From Hyalangium minutum (GTDB lineage: Bacteria > Myxococcota > Myxococcia > Myxococcales > Myxococcaceae): a stretch of DNA of 248,000 nt. The notes beneath the pieces were generated by a model. The model searched no databases. It was not told the DNA's origin and saw only the letters and a list, made by a program, of their open reading frames with translations. Below, piece by piece: positions 243,028-248,000 of this stretch. The stretch is taken from NCBI RefSeq assembly GCF_000737315.1, contig NZ_JMCB01000013.1, forward strand, positions 20,001 through 268,000, written 5' to 3'. Numbering within the stretch: position 1 is the first letter of the stretch; every line of letters starts with the position of its first letter. The translations under genes were made by a program, and so were the position numbers.

Positions 243028-246000
243028 GGACTTTCGCGCTTCTCGAGACGTTGATCGATCAGCACCGGCTCAAGCGAGGCCGGAGGCCCGAGCAGGTCCC
243101 TGAGCGCCGCGAGCGGCAGGAGGTGGACGTCAAGGGGCTGGAGTTGGCCTTGCGCGAGCGGCTCGAAGGGGAGGTGGAGTTTGACGCTGGCAGCCGCGCC
243201 CTCTACGCGACGGATTCCTCGAACTACCGGCAGGTCCCGCTGGGCGTCGTGCGTCCCCGCTCCATCGAGGATGTGATGGAGATCGTCCGTGTCTGCCGCC
243301 GGTTCGGCGCGCCGCTGCTCAGCCGGGGAGGGGGCACGAGCCTGGCGGGCCAGTCGTGCAACGTGGCCGTGGTGATGGACTTCTCCCGGTACCTGAACCG
243401 CATCCTGCACGTGGATCCCGAGCGGAAGCGGGTTCGGGTGCAGCCCGGCGTGGTGCTGGACAACCTGCGCAAGTTCACCATCGACCGCTACCAGCTCACC
243501 TTCGGTCCAGATCCCTCCACGCACAACCGCTGCACTCTGGGAGGCATGATCGGCAACAACGCCTGCGGCACGCACGCGCAGCGGGCGGGGCGGATGGAGT
243601 ACAACGTGGAGGAGCTGGAGGTCCTCACGTACGACGGGCTCCGCCTGCGCGTGGGCCCCACTCCGGAGCCGGAGCTCGAGCGCATCATCCGAGACGGAGG
243701 CCGGCGCGGGCAGCTCTACGCGGGGCTCAAGGCGCTGAGGGACAAGTACGCCCCGCTCATCCGCGAGCGCTACCCGAAGATCCCCCGGCGCGTCTCCGGC
243801 TACAGCCTGGACGAGCTGCTCCCGGAGAAGGGCTTCAACCTGGCCCGGGCCCTGGTGGGCACCGAGGGCACGTGCGTCACCGTCCTGGAGGCCACGCTGC
243901 GGTTGATCCCCGAGCCTCGGGCCCGCTCGCTGGTGGTGCTGGGCTACCCGGATGTGTTCCAGGCCGCGGACCACCTCCCCGAGGTGCTCGAGTCCCAGCC
244001 CATTGCCCTGGAGGGCCTGGATGGGGTGCTCGTGAACGACATGCGCCGCAAGGGCATGCATCCGAAGGACGTCGCGCTGCTGCCCGAGGGCGACGGCTGG
244101 CTCGTCGTGGAGTTCGGAGGGGACTCGAAGGAGGACTCGGACGCGCAGGCCCAGAAGTTGATGTCACGCCTGAAGCGCCACGCCCACGCGCCCACCATGC
244201 GCCTCTATGACAAGCCCGACGTGGAGCACCTCATCTGGGAGGTGCGTGAGTCCGGGCTGGGTGCCACCGCCTTCATTCCGGGCGAGCCGGACGCGTGGGA
244301 GGGTTGGGAGGACTCAGCGGTGGCTCCGGACCAACTGGGAGCCTACCTGCGCGAGTTCAAGAAGCTCCTGGGGAGTTTCGGCTACAGGACGGCGCTCTAC
244401 GGCCACTTCGGCCAGGGCTGCTTGCACTGCCGCATCAACTTCGACTTCACCACGCGCGCGGGCATCCAGAAGTACCGCCGCTTCGTGGAGGAGGCGGCGG
244501 ATCTGGTGGTGAAGCACCACGGCTCGCTCTCGGGCGAGCACGGGGATGGACAGTCCCGCGCGGAGCTGCTGCCGAAGATGTTCGGCGAGGAGCTGGTGCG
244601 TGCCTTCGGCGAGTTCAAGGCGATCTGGGATCCGGCCAACAAGATGAACCCCCACAAGAAGGTGTCGCCCTACCGGGTGGACGAGAACCTGCGGCTGGGC
244701 ACCCAGTACGCGCCGCCCCCGCTGGACACCCACTTCCAGTATCCAGAGGATCGCGGCAGCTTCGCCCGGGCCACCCTGCGCTGCGTGGGCGTGGGCAAGT
244801 GCCGCCGCGAGCAGGGCGGCGTCATGTGCCCCAGCTACATGGTGACGCGCGAGGAGAAGCACTCCACACGTGGCCGGGCGCACCTGCTCTTCGAGATGAT
244901 GCAGGGCGAGCCCCTCAAGGGCGGCTGGCGCAGCGAGCACGTGAAGGACGCGCTGGACTTGTGCCTGTCGTGCAAGGGCTGCAAGTCCGACTGCCCGGTG
245001 AACGTGGACATGGCCACGTACAAGGCCGAGTTCCTCAGTCACTACTACTCGGGCAAGGTGCGGCCGAGGCACGCCTATGCGTTCGGGCTCATCATGTTCT
245101 GGTCGCGGCTCGCCTCGCTGGCGCCTCGGGTGGCCAACTTCTTCACGCAGACGCCGGGGCTCAGCCGCGTGGCGAAGTGGGCGGCAGGAGTGCACCCGGC
245201 GCGGAGCATCCCGCCCTTCGCCCCTCGCTCTTTCCAGAGCCGGGTGCGCGGCCGGAAACCTGCGCCCACCACGCGCGGGCCCGTGGTGCTGTTCCCGGAC
245301 ACCTTCAACAACTTCTTCCACCCGGACACGGCGGGCGCGGCCCTGGAGGTGCTGGAGGCCGCGGGCTTCGAGGTGCGCGTGCCCCAGGGCTTCGTGTGCT
245401 GCGGCCGCCCGCTCTACGACTACGGCATGCTGGACACGGCCAAGGCGTTGCTCCAGCACACCCTCGCTCGCTTCCGCGAGGAGATCCGCGCGGGGGTGCC
245501 CTTCGTCTTTCTGGAGCCGAGCTGCGCAGCTGTGTTCCGGGACGAGCTGGTCAACCTCTTCCCGCATGACGACGACGCGAAGCGCCTGAAGCAGCAGACG
245601 TTCGTGCTGAGCGAGTTGCTGGAGAAGAAGGCGTCGGACTTCCAGGTGCCCACGCTGCGAGGCCGGGCACTGGTGCAGGGCCACTGCCACCACCAGTCGG
245701 TGATGAAGTTCGAGCAAGAGAGCGAGGTGCTGAAGAAGATCGGATTGGACTGGGAGAAGCCAGACTCCGGCTGCTGCGGGATGGCGGGGGCGTTCGGGTA
245801 CGAGGAGTCCCACTACGAGACGAGCGTGGCGTGCGGAGAGCGCGTCATCCTGCCCAAGGTACGGGAGGCGCCGCGAGGCACGCTTGTCATCGCGGACGGG
245901 TTTAGCTGCCGGGAGCAGATCCGGCAGGGCTCGGGGAGGACACCGGTCCACCTGGCGCATGTGCTGTGGGCGGCGCTCCGGCGCAAGCAACACCTGTTGG

Positions 246001-246179
246001 ATCGGGATGAGCCTGAGAAGGCCCTGCTCGAAGAGGCCCAGGCGCTCCTCGTGAGTGGGACCGTCCCGAAGGCGCGGTGGGGCGCCCTGGCAGGCGCTGG
246101 GCTGCTCGCCGTGGGGGCTGCCGCGGGCATCTTCCTTGGTGTTTCCCAGGTGAACAGCTTGAGGAAGAGGCTCTCCTGA
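243024..246179 (+). CDS. FAD-linked oxidase with Fe-S (GlcD/GlcF-like fusion)
   Basis: RGGGTSLAGQ, SGEHGDG, CVGVGKC, CLSCKGC, CCG. Confidence 0.9.
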   Translation: MRTFALLETLIDQHRLKRGRRPEQVPERRERQEVDVKGLELALRERLEGEVEFDAGSRALYATDSSNYRQVPLGVVRPRSIEDVMEIVRVCRRFGAPLLSRGGGTSLAGQSCNVAVVMDFSRYLNRILHVDPERKRVRVQPGVVLDNLRKFTIDRYQLTFGPDPSTHNRCTLGGMIGNNACGTHAQRAGRMEYNVEELEVLTYDGLRLRVGPTPEPELERIIRDGGRRGQLYAGLKALRDKYAPLIRERYPKIPRRVSGYSLDELLPEKGFNLARALVGTEGTCVTVLEATLRLIPEPRARSLVVLGYPDVFQAADHLPEVLESQPIALEGLDGVLVNDMRRKGMHPKDVALLPEGDGWLVVEFGGDSKEDSDAQAQKLMSRLKRHAHAPTMRLYDKPDVEHLIWEVRESGLGATAFIPGEPDAWEGWEDSAVAPDQLGAYLREFKKLLGSFGYRTALYGHFGQGCLHCRINFDFTTRAGIQKYRRFVEEAADLVVKHHGSLSGEHGDGQSRAELLPKMFGEELVRAFGEFKAIWDPANKMNPHKKVSPYRVDENLRLGTQYAPPPLDTHFQYPEDRGSFARATLRCVGVGKCRREQGGVMCPSYMVTREEKHSTRGRAHLLFEMMQGEPLKGGWRSEHVKDALDLCLSCKGCKSDCPVNVDMATYKAEFLSHYYSGKVRPRHAYAFGLIMFWSRLASLAPRVANFFTQTPGLSRVAKWAAGVHPARSIPPFAPRSFQSRVRGRKPAPTTRGPVVLFPDTFNNFFHPDTAGAALEVLEAAGFEVRVPQGFVCCGRPLYDYGMLDTAKALLQHTLARFREEIRAGVPFVFLEPSCAAVFRDELVNLFPHDDDAKRLKQQTFVLSELLEKKASDFQVPTLRGRALVQGHCHHQSVMKFEQESEVLKKIGLDWEKPDSGCCGMAGAFGYEESHYETSVACGERVILPKVREAPRGTLVIADGFSCREQIRQGSGRTPVHLAHVLWAALRRKQHLLDRDEPEKALLEEAQALLVSGTVPKARWGALAGAGLLAVGAAAGIFLGVSQVNSLRKRLS

Positions 246180-246226
246180 CACGTTCTCCTTTCTCACCTC
246201 ACTCCTGACGCAGACCGAGGCACACG

Positions 246227-248000
246227 ATGAGCGCGACTGTTGGTGACTACTTGCTCTACCGCCTGAGCCAATGGGGGATCCGCCGCATCTACGGGTACCC
246301 GGGAGATGGCATCAACGGCATCATCGGTGCGCTGGGCCGCACCACGGAGTTCCAGTTCATCCAGGCACGCCATGAGGAGATGGCGGCCTTCATGGCGTGC
246401 GCCCACGCCAAGTTCACCGGAGAGGTGGGCGTGTGCCTGGCTACCTCGGGCCCCGGTGCCATCCACCTGCTCAACGGCCTGTATGACGCGAAGCTGGACC
246501 ACCAGCCCGTGGTGGCCATCGTGGGCCAGCAGGCGCGCGCGGCGCTGGGCGGCCACTACCAGCAGGAAGTGGATCTGGTGACGCTCTTCAAGGACGTGGC
246601 CAGTGAATACGTCACCATGGTGACGAAGTCCGCGGCGGTGCGCCACGCGGTGGATCGCGCGGTGCGCATCGCGCAGATCGAGCGCACGGTGACATGCGTC
246701 ATCGTCCCCAATGATCTCCAGGAGGAGACGTACGAGAAGCCCGCGCGGGCCCACGGCACCCTCCACTCCAGCGTCGCCTACAGCGTGCCGCGCGTCCTCC
246801 CGCAGGAGCAGGACCTTCGCCGCGCCGCGGATGTGCTCAACGCGGGCAAGAAGGTGGCCATGCTGGTGGGTGCGGGCGTGCTCAACGCCGCTGACGAGGT
246901 GATGCAGGTGGCCGAGGTACTGGGCGCCGGCGTGGCCAAGGCGCTGCTGGGCAAGGCGGTGCTGCCAGACGATCTGCCCTATGTGACGGGGGCCATCGGC
247001 CTGCTGGGCACCAAGCCTAGCTGGGATCTCATGATGGAGTGCGACACGCTGCTGATGGTGGGCACCAGCTTCCCGTACTCGGAGTTCCTCCCGAAGGAGG
247101 GACAGGCCCGCGGCGTCCAGATTGATCTCGACGGCCGGATGCTGGCCATCCGCTACCCCATGGAGGTGGCGCTGACAGGCGATAGCAAGGAGACGCTGCG
247201 CGCTTTGATTCCCATGCTTCAGCGCAAGCAGGACCGGAGCTGGCGCGAGCAGGTGGAGAAGGGCGTGCGCCAGTGGTGGAAGACGTCCGAGGCGCAGGCG
247301 ATGAACTCAGCCAACCCCATCAACCCGCAGCGGGTGTTCTGGGAGCTGTCGCCCAAGCTGCCAGACGGCGTCATCCTGACGGCGGACTCGGGCTCGGGGA
247401 CGAACTGGTTCGCGCGGGACATCAAGATTCGCAAGGGGATGATGGCCTCTCTGTCCGGCAACCTGGCCACCATGGGCTGCGGGGTGCCCTACGCCATTGG
247501 CGCGAAGTTCGCGTTCCCGCATCGGCCCGTGCTCGCCATGGTGGGGGACGGGGCCATGCAGATGAACGGCAACGGCGAGCTGGTCACCGTGGCCAAGTAC
247601 TGGAAGCAGTGGAAGGACCCGCGCTTCATCATCCTGGTGCTCAACAACCGCGACCTGAACCAGGTGACGTGGGAGCAGCGGGTCATGGCAGGGGATCCGA
247701 AGACGCCGGCGACGCAGGACCTCCCGGATTTCCCTTATGCGAAGTACGCGGAATCGCTGGGTCTCAAGGGCATCCGGGTGGACAGGCCTGAGCAGATCGC
247801 CCGGGCGTGGGACGAGGCGCTGAGCGCGGACCGGCCCGTGGTCTACGAGGCCTATGTGGACCCGGATGTGCCGCCGCTGCCGCCCCACATCACCTTCGAG
247901 CAGGCCACGAATTTCGCCAGGTCCTTGCTGGGCGGTGACGTGGACGCCGGTGGCGTCATGAAGCAGTCCATCAAGGGCATGGTGGACAAGCTGTTGCCGC
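246227..248000 (+). CDS. Thiamine-pyrophosphate-requiring protein (pyruvate oxidase-like), 3' partial
   Basis: MSATVGDYL..YGYPGDGING, RHEE.AAF, GDGAMQMN; runs off the window. Confidence 0.9.
   Translation, partial: MSATVGDYLLYRLSQWGIRRIYGYPGDGINGIIGALGRTTEFQFIQARHEEMAAFMACAHAKFTGEVGVCLATSGPGAIHLLNGLYDAKLDHQPVVAIVGQQARAALGGHYQQEVDLVTLFKDVASEYVTMVTKSAAVRHAVDRAVRIAQIERTVTCVIVPNDLQEETYEKPARAHGTLHSSVAYSVPRVLPQEQDLRRAADVLNAGKKVAMLVGAGVLNAADEVMQVAEVLGAGVAKALLGKAVLPDDLPYVTGAIGLLGTKPSWDLMMECDTLLMVGTSFPYSEFLPKEGQARGVQIDLDGRMLAIRYPMEVALTGDSKETLRALIPMLQRKQDRSWREQVEKGVRQWWKTSEAQAMNSANPINPQRVFWELSPKLPDGVILTADSGSGTNWFARDIKIRKGMMASLSGNLATMGCGVPYAIGAKFAFPHRPVLAMVGDGAMQMNGNGELVTVAKYWKQWKDPRFIILVLNNRDLNQVTWEQRVMAGDPKTPATQDLPDFPYAKYAESLGLKGIRVDRPEQIARAWDEALSADRPVVYEAYVDPDVPPLPPHITFEQATNFARSLLGGDVDAGGVMKQSIKGMVDKLLP

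Overview
A 248-kb, very GC-rich chromosomal window from a myxobacterium (Myxococcales; genus not determinable without a search). Most of it is backbone: uvrA/B/C, addAB-like, purA, cdnL, cysS, mreCD-mrdA-rodA, hemACD, pdhABC, asgA-like, gltX with tRNA-Glu/tRNA-Gln, a Che4-type chemosensory operon, anmK/murQ, purMN, accD, folC, lptD, a split nuo operon, and an alternative complex III plus caa3 oxidase cluster. Small accessory insertions and deletion scars are scattered through it. I found no CRISPR array, rRNA, IS or prophage. Top observations: (1) at 168.7-177.0 kb, a Ser/Thr kinase and an FHA-sigma54 activator are flanked by three effector-like genes lacking signal peptides, each with a sigma54 promoter and a shared CTG(A/G)TGAC-N4-(G/C)TCATCAG upstream element; (2) a full-length homologue of the eukaryotic lariat debranching enzyme Dbr1 at 17.2-18.1 kb; (3) a JAMM-motif lipoprotein with a partner lipoprotein; (4) a recurring TGGTCTG-N5-CAGACCA palindrome; (5) a POT transporter with a PepT1-like extracellular insertion. 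All family assignments come from motif recognition by eye and recalled sequences; no database search was run. Many starts were moved downstream from the ORF track to the most plausible start codon.
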